A DNA stretch of 32,000 nt from Pyrodictium occultum (GTDB lineage Archaea; Thermoproteota; Thermoprotei_A; Sulfolobales; Pyrodictiaceae). Shown one piece after another: positions 6,398 through 14,767 of this stretch. The notes beneath the pieces are model-generated. The model saw nothing but the letters and a program-made list of their open reading frames with translations, searched no databases and had not been told where the DNA came from. The stretch covers positions 450,001-482,000 of the forward strand of contig NZ_LNTB01000001.1 in NCBI RefSeq assembly GCF_001462395.1, given 5' to 3'. A program made the translations under genes and the position numbers. How positions within the stretch are numbered: the stretch's first letter is position 1; each line of letters starts with the position of its first letter.

Positions 6398-6402
6398 GGG
6401 GA

Positions 6403-7836
6403 ATGGCCGCGGGAAGGACTACCGGCGCCGGTGTGGTGCGTGTCAGGATACGCGGCATCTACGCTACAGCGCTGACTAGGCTGGCTCTGGACTACGGGTT
6501 CCAGGTTGTGCAGGCCTCAAGGGTTATCGCAGGCCGGTTCGGCATACCCCAGCTGACGCTCCCTGCCGACGTCACACTGAAGAACAGTGATAGCGACCCA
6601 TCAGAGCTCGTGGTTGTAGGCTATACTTGGGCTGTCGAAAAGGTTCTGGAGAAGCTTAGGGAGACCCTGCCCTATTCATTCTACTGGCGCAGCCGCCTAC
6701 CGCTCCACGCCACCGTCAAGGCCAGGGTGAGGGGCCGGGCCAGCGGCGAGGCGTGCATAGCCGAGGTGGAGGGGGTTGAAGCCGAGCTTGCGGACGAAGA
6801 GGGCTGCGAGCCTGGGAGGGAGGTTGTAGCCTCCGTTGTGAGGCCTGGAGTGAAGCCGTGGGAGAGGCCACGCCTCGCCCTGGGGGCGCGCGTCATAGGG
6901 GATTATGCGATACTCTTCGAGTCCCCCCGGCCTAGGGTGACGGTAAGCGAGCATGTAAGGATGCAGGAGAAGAGGGCCGAGTTAGCGGCTCTGGCCACGG
7001 AGTACACTAGCCGGGGGCTGAGCGTCCACTGGAGGAGCAGCAGCCAGCACGCCGACGCCGAGACCCTGCGGAGACACCTCGAAGAGCTGCACCAAGCGCT
7101 CCTCGAGGCCAGGGAGAGGGCTGAGAGGGGCGGCCCCGGCGTCTACACGCCGGGCGAGACGGTGGCCGTCGTGAGGCTGAGCAGCCTGGACAAGGCTACG
7201 CTGGACACGGTGAGAGACAAGGTGACCCCAACCATAGAGCTGCATCACAGCGTGAAGAGCCTCGCACCGAGCATCTCCACTGTTGTGGACTACGCGGAGA
7301 AGCTCAAGGCGCGGGGCGTGGACCCGGCGCTGCTCCGGGAGGCCCTGCTCGACACTATGGGGGAAATGCTTTCCTCAAGGCGCAGCGTCAGGATTATCCA
7401 TGTTAAGCTTGACGGTAGGGTGGTGGAGCTCGGCCGGGGCGAGGTTAGAAGTATCTACCGGGAGAACGGCCGCCTCATAGTCGTCATTGAGAGGCGGGTA
7501 CGGAGCCGCGGCGTCTACGACGGGCTTGGAGCCGAGAAGGAGCCCGGAGACAGAATAGTAACGGAGATTGACACAGGCTCCTGGCTTGTGAAGCACACCT
7601 ACTACTCTAGGAACGGCTGGGTAAAGGGCATATACGTCAACGTGAACACGCCCCCAGAGGTGGCGGAAGATGCCTTGGTATATCTAGACCTAGAAGTAGA
7701 CGTTGTGAAGAAGCCGGGGGAGAAGCCACGCCTCATAGACGAGGATGAGCTGAAGAAGGCACTTGAATCGGGGATAGTTACGGAGAAGCTCTACCGGGAG
7801 GCGCTTGAGAAGGCTAGAAAGGCGCTGGGAGACTAA
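6403..7836 (+). CDS. FAU-1-like RNA-binding protein / probable ribonuclease (RNase E/G-like N-terminus plus DUF402-like C-terminus)
   Basis: 477 aa. The N-terminus VRVRIRGIYATALTRLALDYGFQVVQAS matches the characteristic start of archaeal FAU-1. The C-terminal GIYVNVNTPPE...LDLEVDV is DUF402-like. The true start may be GTG at 6433/6436. Confidence 0.6.
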   Translation: MAAGRTTGAGVVRVRIRGIYATALTRLALDYGFQVVQASRVIAGRFGIPQLTLPADVTLKNSDSDPSELVVVGYTWAVEKVLEKLRETLPYSFYWRSRLPLHATVKARVRGRASGEACIAEVEGVEAELADEEGCEPGREVVASVVRPGVKPWERPRLALGARVIGDYAILFESPRPRVTVSEHVRMQEKRAELAALATEYTSRGLSVHWRSSSQHADAETLRRHLEELHQALLEARERAERGGPGVYTPGETVAVVRLSSLDKATLDTVRDKVTPTIELHHSVKSLAPSISTVVDYAEKLKARGVDPALLREALLDTMGEMLSSRRSVRIIHVKLDGRVVELGRGEVRSIYRENGRLIVVIERRVRSRGVYDGLGAEKEPGDRIVTEIDTGSWLVKHTYYSRNGWVKGIYVNVNTPPEVAEDALVYLDLEVDVVKKPGEKPRLIDEDELKKALESGIVTEKLYREALEKARKALGD

Positions 7837-7839
7837 CCG

Positions 7840-7847
7840 TTATAAAG
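7840..7847 (+). promoter_or_regulatory. TATA box (TTATAAAG) for the tRNA-Leu gene
   Basis: An AT-rich octamer lies about 45 nt upstream of the mature tRNA 5' end, compatible with an archaeal TATA at about -26 plus a short leader. Confidence 0.4.
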
Positions 7848-7888
7848 CCCCATAATGCCGGGAGACTTTTGCATGGAGCCTGCTGGGC

Positions 7889-7976
7889 GCGGGGGTGCCC
7901 GAGCCAGGTCAAAGGGGGCGGGCTCAGGACCCGCTGGCGTAGGCCTGCGTGGGTTCAAATCCCACCCCCCGCACCA
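7889..7976 (+). tRNA. tRNA-Leu (anticodon CAG), genomically encoded CCA
   Basis: Folded by hand. The acceptor GCGGGGG (7889-7895) pairs with CCCCCGC (7966-7972), with discriminator A and CCA. The anticodon stem gcggg/cccgc has the loop cTCAGga (CAG at 7925-7927, U33 and G37 present). There is a long variable arm, and the T arm is gtggg-ttcaaat-cccac. Confidence 0.9.
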
Positions 7977-8119
7977 CTGCCGCACATCTCCTCTCCCAAG
8001 CCCCTGGGATGCAGGCCGGGCCGCAATACTTCCGCCCCTCCCCCTCCCCGGAGATCCGGGTTACATACAACGTCATATACACCGTGGAGGATAACACCGT
8101 TTAAGCCCGGGACGCGGCC

Positions 8120-8323
8120 TTGCAGCGGATAGTCACGTTCAAGATAGAGGAGGACGTGCTAGCCGTGCTAGACCGCTATGCTAGGATGCGTAGGCTGACC
8201 CGAAGCGAGGTGATAAGGGAGGCTATAGAGAGGCTTCTAAGGAGCGAGGGTATAGAGGTGCCCAAGAGCCGTAACAGTGTAAGGTACGATCCCCGCGCGC
8301 CCGTGATAGAGGTACCAGTCTAG
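8120..8323 (+). CDS. Ribbon-helix-helix (CopG/MetJ-type) DNA-binding protein
   Basis: 67 aa. [38 protein letters not shown] is a textbook beta-strand/helix/helix RHH pattern. It has a TTG start. Confidence 0.65.
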   Translation: MQRIVTFKIEEDVLAVLDRYARMRRLTRSEVIREAIERLLRSEGIEVPKSRNSVRYDPRAPVIEVPV

Positions 8324-8426
8324 GTTCGGGCCCTGGCAGCGTGGTAAAAACGCCCAGCGGGTTCCGTCCGCTGCTCTTTTCCTCCTTCGGGTGCTGCGTA
8401 AGGTTCTCGCCTCTCTGTGGGGGTTC

Positions 8427-8708
8427 TCAGTCCCTTACAGTCTCCAGCAATGATATCACGTTCCATATTATCGTCCTGGCGTAGACCGGCATGTTGGGGT
8501 CCTGGCTTATCTCGTCGAGTATGCTTATAGCGTTCGCTGCCCTTACGCCTGGGCTGAGGCTCTCGTCGCGGAGCCGCTTGATCGCCTCCGTGGCTGCTCG
8601 CCTTATGTTACGCGGCACCGCAGTGTCATTTATTATCCTCATGAGCATTACCATGGCCTGCCTCAGCTTTGCCTCGTTGTCATAGAGGGGGGCCGCCACT
8701 GCTATCAC
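8427..8708 (-). CDS. UPF0147 family protein
   Basis: 93 aa. [19 protein letters not shown]...[29 protein letters not shown] matches the conserved archaeal UPF0147 pattern. Confidence 0.7.
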   Translation of the reverse strand: MIAVAAPLYDNEAKLRQAMVMLMRIINDTAVPRNIRRAATEAIKRLRDESLSPGVRAANAISILDEISQDPNMPVYARTIIWNVISLLETVRD

Positions 8709-8853
8709 CTCCGGAGACGTAGCCCCGGGGCATCTAGCCCCGGGTCCCGAGGGTGGAGGGCCTGGGCCCGTCTTGGAACAGCAGTCCTGGGTTCAGCTTT
8801 ATTACGTTGTCCTCGTGAATGCTGTCGGCTCCAGGCTTTATGGGTGTAGAGGT

Positions 8854-9276
8854 GTGGGCGAGAGGGCTAGCCCGGATGTAGTACGCCGTATGGCAGACCT
8901 GCTGCGCGCTGGCGCCGCCATGCTCCCGGAGCGCTGCCCTATCTGCGGCCTCCCTCTCTTCCGGCTGCGGAGCGGCGAGGTGGTCTGCCCGGTCCACGGG
9001 AGGGTCTACATTGTTAGGGATGAGAGCGAGGCCTCTAAGGTCACAGTGCAGGGCGTGCTTGAGGAGCTCGAGAAGTTTGTCGCCTATAGGCTGAGCGAGG
9101 CTATGAGGCGCGCGGAGGCTGGGCAGGAGCCTGCAGCGATTGACGAGATACGTGGGTGGCTTGATGTGCTGGAGAGGGTTGAGCGCATCCTAGGCATGGT
9201 GTCAGTGTCGCTCGGCGAGGAGCGCCGCGGCGAGGAGAGAGGGCCCTCGGAGCCGAGGAGGAGGGGGAGGCGCTAA
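8854..9276 (+). CDS. UPF0148 / autoantigen-p27-like zinc-ribbon protein
   Basis: MADLLRAGAAMLPERCPICGLPLFRLRSGEVVCPVHG is the family signature. The start is uncertain (GTG 8854 or ATG 8890); the track start at 8773 is probably too long. Confidence 0.65.
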   Translation: MGERASPDVVRRMADLLRAGAAMLPERCPICGLPLFRLRSGEVVCPVHGRVYIVRDESEASKVTVQGVLEELEKFVAYRLSEAMRRAEAGQEPAAIDEIRGWLDVLERVERILGMVSVSLGEERRGEERGPSEPRRRGRR

Positions 9277-9695
9277 CACTCCACGATGAGCATGGCGCTG
9301 GGCGGCTTGGAGTATAGCCTGGCCCGGCAGCCGTCCCTCAGTTCCTCCAGGAGCCTGGGGGGTAGCCCGGAGGCCAGCGGCACCGACGCCATCACCGCCC
9401 CTGCGACCAGTATCGGCTCGGCCTCGACCACCGCTATGGCTGAGGGGGCTAGGCCGCGGCGGGCTAGGGCGTAGAGGATGTAGGGGCCTACCGTGCTGCC
9501 CCTCCCACCCTCCATTATGAGCACCCTCCCGGCTATGCTGCGGCCGTCGGTCAGGGTGCCGCGCTCCGGGTCAACCTCGCCGTAGAAGGAGAGCCTGCCG
9601 TGGACCACGAGAGTCTCTCCGGAGCCGTTGCCCTCGACGATGCCGCGCAGCTTCACACGTCTCTCCGGCACCGCGCCGCACCCCGGCGGGGCCAA
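9273..9695 (-). CDS. Aconitase-X swivel-domain protein (DUF126); candidate phosphomevalonate dehydratase small subunit
   Basis: LSFYGEVDPERGTLTDGRSIAGRVLIMEGGRGSTVGPYILYALARRGLAPSAIAV is the DUF126 pattern. It lies 6 nt downstream of the DUF521 gene. The true start is possibly an internal GTG (VKLRGIV). Confidence 0.7.
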   Translation of the reverse strand: MAPPGCGAVPERRVKLRGIVEGNGSGETLVVHGRLSFYGEVDPERGTLTDGRSIAGRVLIMEGGRGSTVGPYILYALARRGLAPSAIAVVEAEPILVAGAVMASVPLASGLPPRLLEELRDGCRARLYSKPPSAMLIVEC

Positions 9696-9701
9696 GCCCT
9701 G

Positions 9702-10886
9702 CTAGGCGCCGTAAGCCTTGACGAAATCCTCTAGGGAGGCAAGGGCCACCCTTACGCCATGTCGCCTCGGCAGGTAGAACGCCGATTTCACCGAGTCGGT
9801 TGCTATGGCCTTCAAGCCGCTCCTACCCAGCGTGCTCACCACTAGGCAGGTCCCGGGGAGGATGCGTATATTCCGCCTCGCCAGCTCCCCCGCAAGCGTC
9901 GCCAGAGGCCTAGAAGCCCTGCCAGGCACTGCTATCCACACCGGCCGCCGGAGCCTAGACACCCCGTGAGCCTCCATCAACTCCAGGACGCGGTTTACCA
10001 CGTGCTCCGGGTGGTGAGGACAGCCGGTGAAGAATAGCTCGGCCTCATCCAGGCTAGCGGACTCGACCTCCTCCCGAGCCTCCCGCAGATCATCGGGGCC
10101 TAGCGCCGCTCTCTCGACGCCCCCCGGCGGCCCCTGATCCTCGGGAGACACGTGGCGCACTACACACATCGCCGTGCTGCCGGAGGCGGCTGCCGCCGCG
10201 CACATGGCTATGACCTGGCGCTTTGTTAGCCTCCCCGCATCTAGGTAGGGGAGCTCGCCCGAGAACAGCTTGCCTATCATGTAACCGAGCAGCCCTGCCT
10301 CCACCTCGCCCCTCGGCAGGGTCTCGACCCTCACGGTGATAGTTGGGCGCCGGTTTTCCTCCAGGTGAAGGCCCCAGAGGTAGGTCCTCCCGACCAGCGC
10401 GGCGGCGAGCGCTACGGGGCCGCCCTCCCTGTTGGTCCTGGCCCCATAGAGAGTGTTAGCCACCGCTACCGCGCTCGACTCGCCCCATGCCAGGTGCTCT
10501 CCGGGCCTAGGCCTGCGCAGCGCGTAGGGTATACAGGTCCCGCTGGGCTCGAACCCCATACGGAGGAGGGCCTTCACTATCCTGGCCTGCTTCTCCACAT
10601 GCTCCCTCGGCACAGGGTAGGGGGGATCCATGCCCAGCGGGGCGCCGGCGGGGTTGAATGTAGAGTAGACCGCTACCCTCCCGCCGGAAGCCAGGCCCTC
10701 TATGAACTCGAGGCCCGGGTCTCCTATGTTGCTGTACGACACGCCGCTGACATGCGCATGGCTTATCCTTATGAGCCTTTCCGCTCCAAGAGCCTCGCCT
10801 ATGCGGACGAGGAGCTTCATAGCCAGCTGGCGGGCCGGGCCCTCCTCGCCCTTGAGGATGCGCTCCTCCTCCCGGGTGAGGTACAT
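9702..10886 (-). CDS. Aconitase-X catalytic-domain protein (DUF521); candidate phosphomevalonate dehydratase large subunit
   Basis: 394 aa. The N-terminus MYLTREEERILKGEEGPARQLAMKLLVRIGEALGAERLIRISHAHVSG is typical of DUF521/AcnX. It is followed directly by its DUF126 partner. Confidence 0.75.
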   Translation of the reverse strand: MYLTREEERILKGEEGPARQLAMKLLVRIGEALGAERLIRISHAHVSGVSYSNIGDPGLEFIEGLASGGRVAVYSTFNPAGAPLGMDPPYPVPREHVEKQARIVKALLRMGFEPSGTCIPYALRRPRPGEHLAWGESSAVAVANTLYGARTNREGGPVALAAALVGRTYLWGLHLEENRRPTITVRVETLPRGEVEAGLLGYMIGKLFSGELPYLDAGRLTKRQVIAMCAAAAASGSTAMCVVRHVSPEDQGPPGGVERAALGPDDLREAREEVESASLDEAELFFTGCPHHPEHVVNRVLELMEAHGVSRLRRPVWIAVPGRASRPLATLAGELARRNIRILPGTCLVVSTLGRSGLKAIATDSVKSAFYLPRRHGVRVALASLEDFVKAYGA

Positions 10887-10889
10887 GGC

Positions 10890-12191
10890 TCAGCTGCTAC
10901 CCCCTATCCTAGGCCTGGTGTACCTTTCACGCTCGCGTATAGGGGCTGTAGCGTCCAGGACAAGCTTGTAGGTTAGCCCCTCCCTGGCACTCGGATCAAG
11001 CGTGGAGCCCCTAGCATGAGGGATAACGACTAGCCCCCTGTCAGCCTGGAACCTGGTGGCTATGGCCCACTCGACCTCCCACGGGTCATCGGGGTCTATA
11101 TCGCTGTCTACAACAACCACGTGCTTGAGGCTGGGATGAGCTGCTAGCGCCGCGAGGCCGGCAGTCTTCCCATCGCCATCATGCTGCTTCTCGATAGAGA
11201 TCACAGCATGCAGCCACATACCCCCCGCGGGGGTGAGCCGCACCTTCCTCACATGAGGCACAGTGCGCGCCACAGCCTCGTATATCGCAGCCTCCCTGGG
11301 GAACCCCATTAGCATCATGTGCTCGTAGCCGCCGGGCAGTATTACATGCATGTAGGGCTTGTAGACCTTGTTTACATAGACGTGCTCCACATGGAGCACG
11401 GGCTCCTCCCTGGCCCGGTCGTAGAGCTGGAGGAGGTCTACGAAGGGGCCCTCCGGCGCCCGGTCGGGGCCCAGCCTAGCCTCAATAACCATCGAGGAGC
11501 CGCAGGGCACCGGCAGCCCGTGGAGGGGAGTACGGCAAACAGCCAGGCCGCCTAGGAGGGCAGAGGCTATGCCCAGCTCGAACACGCCGTAGGAGGGGCT
11601 CGAAGCCGCGGCCAGAAGAACGCGGGGGTCGACACCTATGACAACCGCTACCGGGAGCCCCTTGTCCCCCGCCTCGCGGAGCATCCTGTAGAGGTGGCGG
11701 GGTACAACCCTTACAGCTGCATAGCTCTTATCATCGCTCACCATTATTCTATGTATGGAGGCGTTGCACACATCCCCCCTACATGCTATAAATATCGACG
11801 AGGTGACGTAAGATCCCCCATCCTTCTCGTAGAACCGCAGGGCTGGGAGGAGGGAGACCCCGGAGCCGGCCTCCTCGAAGAAGCTGCTGAACCGGCGCTC
11901 CTCGAAGCCCCCCGGGCTGGATAGGGCACGGGAGAGCCTGGAGTAGGCCTCCACATCGCTGCCCGCGCCGAGGGCCCAGTAGAGTGTCTCCCTCCCAGCT
12001 ATCAGGTTTGAAGCGAAGGGCCACCCGAAGCCCCTTACACGATACACCACTATACCGCGGCCGTCATACTGTTTTATCAAGCGTGCGGCCTCGTAGCGGG
12101 GATCGAGGGGCTCTGGAGCCTCCACAAGCTTGGCTCCACGGCTTCTGGCCTCCTCAAGGAACAGCTCCACGGAAGCATCTATATTACGCAT
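10890..12191 (-). CDS. UbiD-family decarboxylase; candidate trans-anhydromevalonate-5-phosphate decarboxylase
   Basis: 433 aa with UbiD motifs (EGPFVD, HAVISIEKQ..GDGK, KHVVVVDSDIDPDDPWEVEWAIATRFQADR). It lies 3 nt upstream of the AcnX genes. Confidence 0.75.
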   Translation of the reverse strand: MRNIDASVELFLEEARSRGAKLVEAPEPLDPRYEAARLIKQYDGRGIVVYRVRGFGWPFASNLIAGRETLYWALGAGSDVEAYSRLSRALSSPGGFEERRFSSFFEEAGSGVSLLPALRFYEKDGGSYVTSSIFIACRGDVCNASIHRIMVSDDKSYAAVRVVPRHLYRMLREAGDKGLPVAVVIGVDPRVLLAAASSPSYGVFELGIASALLGGLAVCRTPLHGLPVPCGSSMVIEARLGPDRAPEGPFVDLLQLYDRAREEPVLHVEHVYVNKVYKPYMHVILPGGYEHMMLMGFPREAAIYEAVARTVPHVRKVRLTPAGGMWLHAVISIEKQHDGDGKTAGLAALAAHPSLKHVVVVDSDIDPDDPWEVEWAIATRFQADRGLVVIPHARGSTLDPSAREGLTYKLVLDATAPIRERERYTRPRIGGSS

Positions 12192-13480
12192 CTCAGCGGC
12201 CTCCCCGTTTCCTCGTAGTCCTCGCTAAGCCGGACACCTCCTAGAACTAATCCCTTAACCTCGCCGGTATAGGGGGTAGCCACACGAGCCACCATCCTCT
12301 GGAAGTCTATATCGCGTAGCAGACCCAGCGCCTTCTCCTCCCCATCGGGGCCTATGAGGGACACCAGGGCGTTGATGGCCAGGTTCTTGTCGAGTATATA
12401 CATCTGCTTCTGGTAGACTGAGGCAGCCCTCTCAATACCCCCGGGATCCGCCTGCCCCAGGGTAACCACGTAAAGCGTGTCGTGGGTCTCGCTAGCCGCT
12501 AGCACGGGGGCCCGGAGGAGCTGCTGGAGCGTCTTCACATGTTCCCCGGGGAGCCGGGCGCCGGAGAAGAAGCAGCTCCCGTAGACAGAGACCCTGGCGA
12601 GGTCTATGTCCCTCTCGTAGAGGGGCTCCAGGTACCTGCGGTAGGCCTGGCTCCGCAGCTCCCTGCGCTCCTCCCTGCTCCGCTCCCTCCTCGAAGCCGG
12701 GCTTGGCAGGTAGGCGACGCCGCAGCGCTGCCCGGAGAAAAGCCTCTCAACCATGTGGTAGAGCTTCTCGTCGCCAACCACATACACCATGTCAACGGGT
12801 ATGTACCTGGCTATCTCAGCCTTATACTCTATGGAGTTTATTCCCTGTACCCAGCCGTCAGTATCAACCACGACGACCTCGATGCCCCGGCTGCGCAGCC
12901 GGAGGGCGAGCTCCACAGCCCCTGCCACTATTCTGCGCTCGGCCCGCTGGGGAGTTATGCTCCCAACAAACCTGATGTACTCGGCCCTCAGCTCGCGGAG
13001 CCATAGCAGGGGCCGCCGAGCCTCGGCGGCGGAGACACAGGCCGGTGGCCCTACATCCGCCTGGCCCACGTCAGCGTCTACCACGCCAGCCCTCATGCCG
13101 CGGAGGAGGGCACGGTTCAGTATCATAGCCGAGAGGCTGGACTTGCCTGCATCCACGGGGCCGAGCACCATGAAGCTCTTGCAGCCCCTGCGGATCGCGT
13201 CGTCCACGCTGCGGAGCCAGGTATCGACAACCTCCTCGCCCGGCTCCGGCCGCTCAAGCGAGCCCCCGTAGCCCACCTCGACCTCGACGCTAGACTCTAC
13301 AAGGGCCTTTATCGCGTAGCTGCGGTGCTTGTGGACGACGAACTCGTCCCCGTGGTTGAAAACCGCGCCGAGCACCACGACCTGGCCGTAGGATACGCGC
13401 GCCCGGAGGGGGCCGGTGGCCCTCACAACCTGGCCAGGCTCCAGCCGGATGCTGATACGCATACCTGGAGCCCCCGCCAA
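12179..13480 (-). CDS. Clp1/Grc3-family polynucleotide 5'-hydroxyl kinase (P-loop)
   Basis: 433 aa. It has the Walker A motif VLGPVDAGKSSLS, then VVDADVGQADVGPP and VVVVDTDGW, preceded by a beta-rich N-domain. This is the architecture of archaeal Clp1 homologs. Confidence 0.7.
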   Translation of the reverse strand: MAGAPGMRISIRLEPGQVVRATGPLRARVSYGQVVVLGAVFNHGDEFVVHKHRSYAIKALVESSVEVEVGYGGSLERPEPGEEVVDTWLRSVDDAIRRGCKSFMVLGPVDAGKSSLSAMILNRALLRGMRAGVVDADVGQADVGPPACVSAAEARRPLLWLRELRAEYIRFVGSITPQRAERRIVAGAVELALRLRSRGIEVVVVDTDGWVQGINSIEYKAEIARYIPVDMVYVVGDEKLYHMVERLFSGQRCGVAYLPSPASRRERSREERRELRSQAYRRYLEPLYERDIDLARVSVYGSCFFSGARLPGEHVKTLQQLLRAPVLAASETHDTLYVVTLGQADPGGIERAASVYQKQMYILDKNLAINALVSLIGPDGEEKALGLLRDIDFQRMVARVATPYTGEVKGLVLGGVRLSEDYEETGRPLRCVI

Positions 13481-13487
13481 GTCCCCT

Positions 13488-14141
13488 CTAGAGCCGATAT
13501 CCCTCGATGAACGCGCGGAGCGCTATAGCGGCAGCTGCACGGAGGTCGTCGGCAGCCAGCTTCTCGGCGCCCCGCACCCCCAGCAGGGGCGCCCGGTTTG
13601 AGCTGTGCTCGTCTACCAGGTACACCCGGGCGCCGCAGGCTCTAAGCTCCTCCACTAGGCCCAGGGCGCGGCCAGCCATCGAGGGAGAGGAGCCCACAGC
13701 TACCACGAGCTCCGGATGCCTCCTAGAGGCGCTGCATATCCAGCCAAGCAGCCGCCTGGAGCCCGGCGGCTCGAAGCCGCTATAGAGAACCGCGCCCGCC
13801 GAGAGAAGCACGTAGGCGAGTTTCGAGGAGCCCACGTCGACGCCCAGTATAGCCTCGTAGAGGCGGCCTTGGACCGCTTTTACGAAGTCCAGAAGCCCGG
13901 CTATCGGCCCCTCCCCCTCGTCTAGGATCACCACTCTCCCGCAGCCTTCCCCAAGGCTCTCCAGGGAGCGGTGGTCTGCAACCACTATCTCGCCGTCGCT
14001 GCAGGGGGCCGGGCCCCGGGGGACCCGGTAGCCTACACCGAGAAGCCTGGCTAGCTCCACCAGCCTCTTAGCGAGCACTGGCTCGCTACTCCATATAATA
14101 ACCGTGCGCCTCCCAGGCGTGGCCGGTGGGGACCTGGCCAA
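13488..14141 (-). CDS. Predicted RNase-H-fold nuclease (YqgF/RuvX-like C-terminal domain)
   Basis: ILGVDVGSSKLAYVLL ... VVAVGSSP ... VYLVDEHSSNRAP ... DDLRAAAAIALRAF follow the order of the YqgF motifs (GxDxG..., DE..(S/T), D..AA.I). The N-terminal ~90 aa are unassigned. It has a TTG start and ends 7 nt upstream of the Clp1 gene. Confidence 0.45.
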   Translation of the reverse strand: MARSPPATPGRRTVIIWSSEPVLAKRLVELARLLGVGYRVPRGPAPCSDGEIVVADHRSLESLGEGCGRVVILDEGEGPIAGLLDFVKAVQGRLYEAILGVDVGSSKLAYVLLSAGAVLYSGFEPPGSRRLLGWICSASRRHPELVVAVGSSPSMAGRALGLVEELRACGARVYLVDEHSSNRAPLLGVRGAEKLAADDLRAAAAIALRAFIEGYRL

Positions 14142-14176
14142 CCCGGAGTCAGTGACCCGGCTTACGGGGAGAATAT

Positions 14177-14767
14177 TTGCCTGTCTGTAGGAAGCTCCTG
14201 GAAGCCCTTACCTGGCCCGGCGTGGTGCTGGTGTACGGCGCGGCGGGTGTAGGTAAGACAATGCTCGCACTAGAGTTCCTAAAGGACTACTGCAGCTCGC
14301 GATGCCTATACCTGACCACCGAGGGCCTGGACTTCGTGAAGCGCGCCGAGCGGATGGGCGTGGATATGAGCCGGGTCACGGTGTACGAGGCGCTACAGCA
14401 TACAGACTTCCTAGAGCTGCTGGCCCAGCAGAGCCTCCCGCTAAACGACATAGTTGTGGTGGATAGCGTGAACTTCTTCGCCCGGAGCGGGGTGGAGAAG
14501 GCCTATGAGACCACACTGCTCCTGGCCGCCGCGCTCTTCAAACTAAGCGAAGACTATAGGGTACCCGTGGTGGAGACCGCCCAGGTACACAGCGCGGGCA
14601 ACTCCTACGAGCCTGTGGCGGCGAAGGGGCTGGAGATGTGGGCGCATAACATGGTAAGGCTTGAATACGCTTCGCCCGGGCGTAGGAGGCTCCACCTGGA
14701 GAGGCCCGGCGGCCTGGAGGCGGAGTTCCGCATAGTAGAGGGAGGAGTGGAGTGGCTAGACTGCTGA
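14177..14767 (+). CDS. RecA-superfamily ATPase (KaiC/RadB-like RadA paralog)
   Basis: 196 aa. It has Walker A VVLVYGAAGVGKTMLALEF and Walker B-like DIVVVDSV. It has a TTG start. Confidence 0.65.
   Translation: MPVCRKLLEALTWPGVVLVYGAAGVGKTMLALEFLKDYCSSRCLYLTTEGLDFVKRAERMGVDMSRVTVYEALQHTDFLELLAQQSLPLNDIVVVDSVNFFARSGVEKAYETTLLLAAALFKLSEDYRVPVVETAQVHSAGNSYEPVAAKGLEMWAHNMVRLEYASPGRRRLHLERPGGLEAEFRIVEGGVEWLDC

Noticed and set aside
7855-8132. Two plus-strand ORFs (79 and 87 aa) spanning the tRNA-Leu gene
   Set aside because: They run straight through a well-folding tRNA, and their Gly/Pro/Arg-rich translation is non-protein-like.
7889-8426. Integrated mobile element at the tRNA-Leu gene
   Set aside because: There is no integrase, I could find no repeat of the tRNA 3' half in the window, and only one small gene lies between the tRNA and conserved core genes.
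8734-8997. 87-aa minus-strand ORF between UPF0147 and UPF0148
   Set aside because: It overlaps the UPF0148 N-terminus antisense, has no motif, and occupies what should be the divergent promoter region.
12539-13271. Plus-strand ORFs (155, 90 and 160 aa) inside the Clp1-kinase gene, with similar antisense ORFs inside the UbiD, AcnX, PriS, PCNA and Pus10 genes
   Set aside because: They are shadow ORFs in GC-rich coding DNA, and the opposite strand carries clear family motifs in every case.
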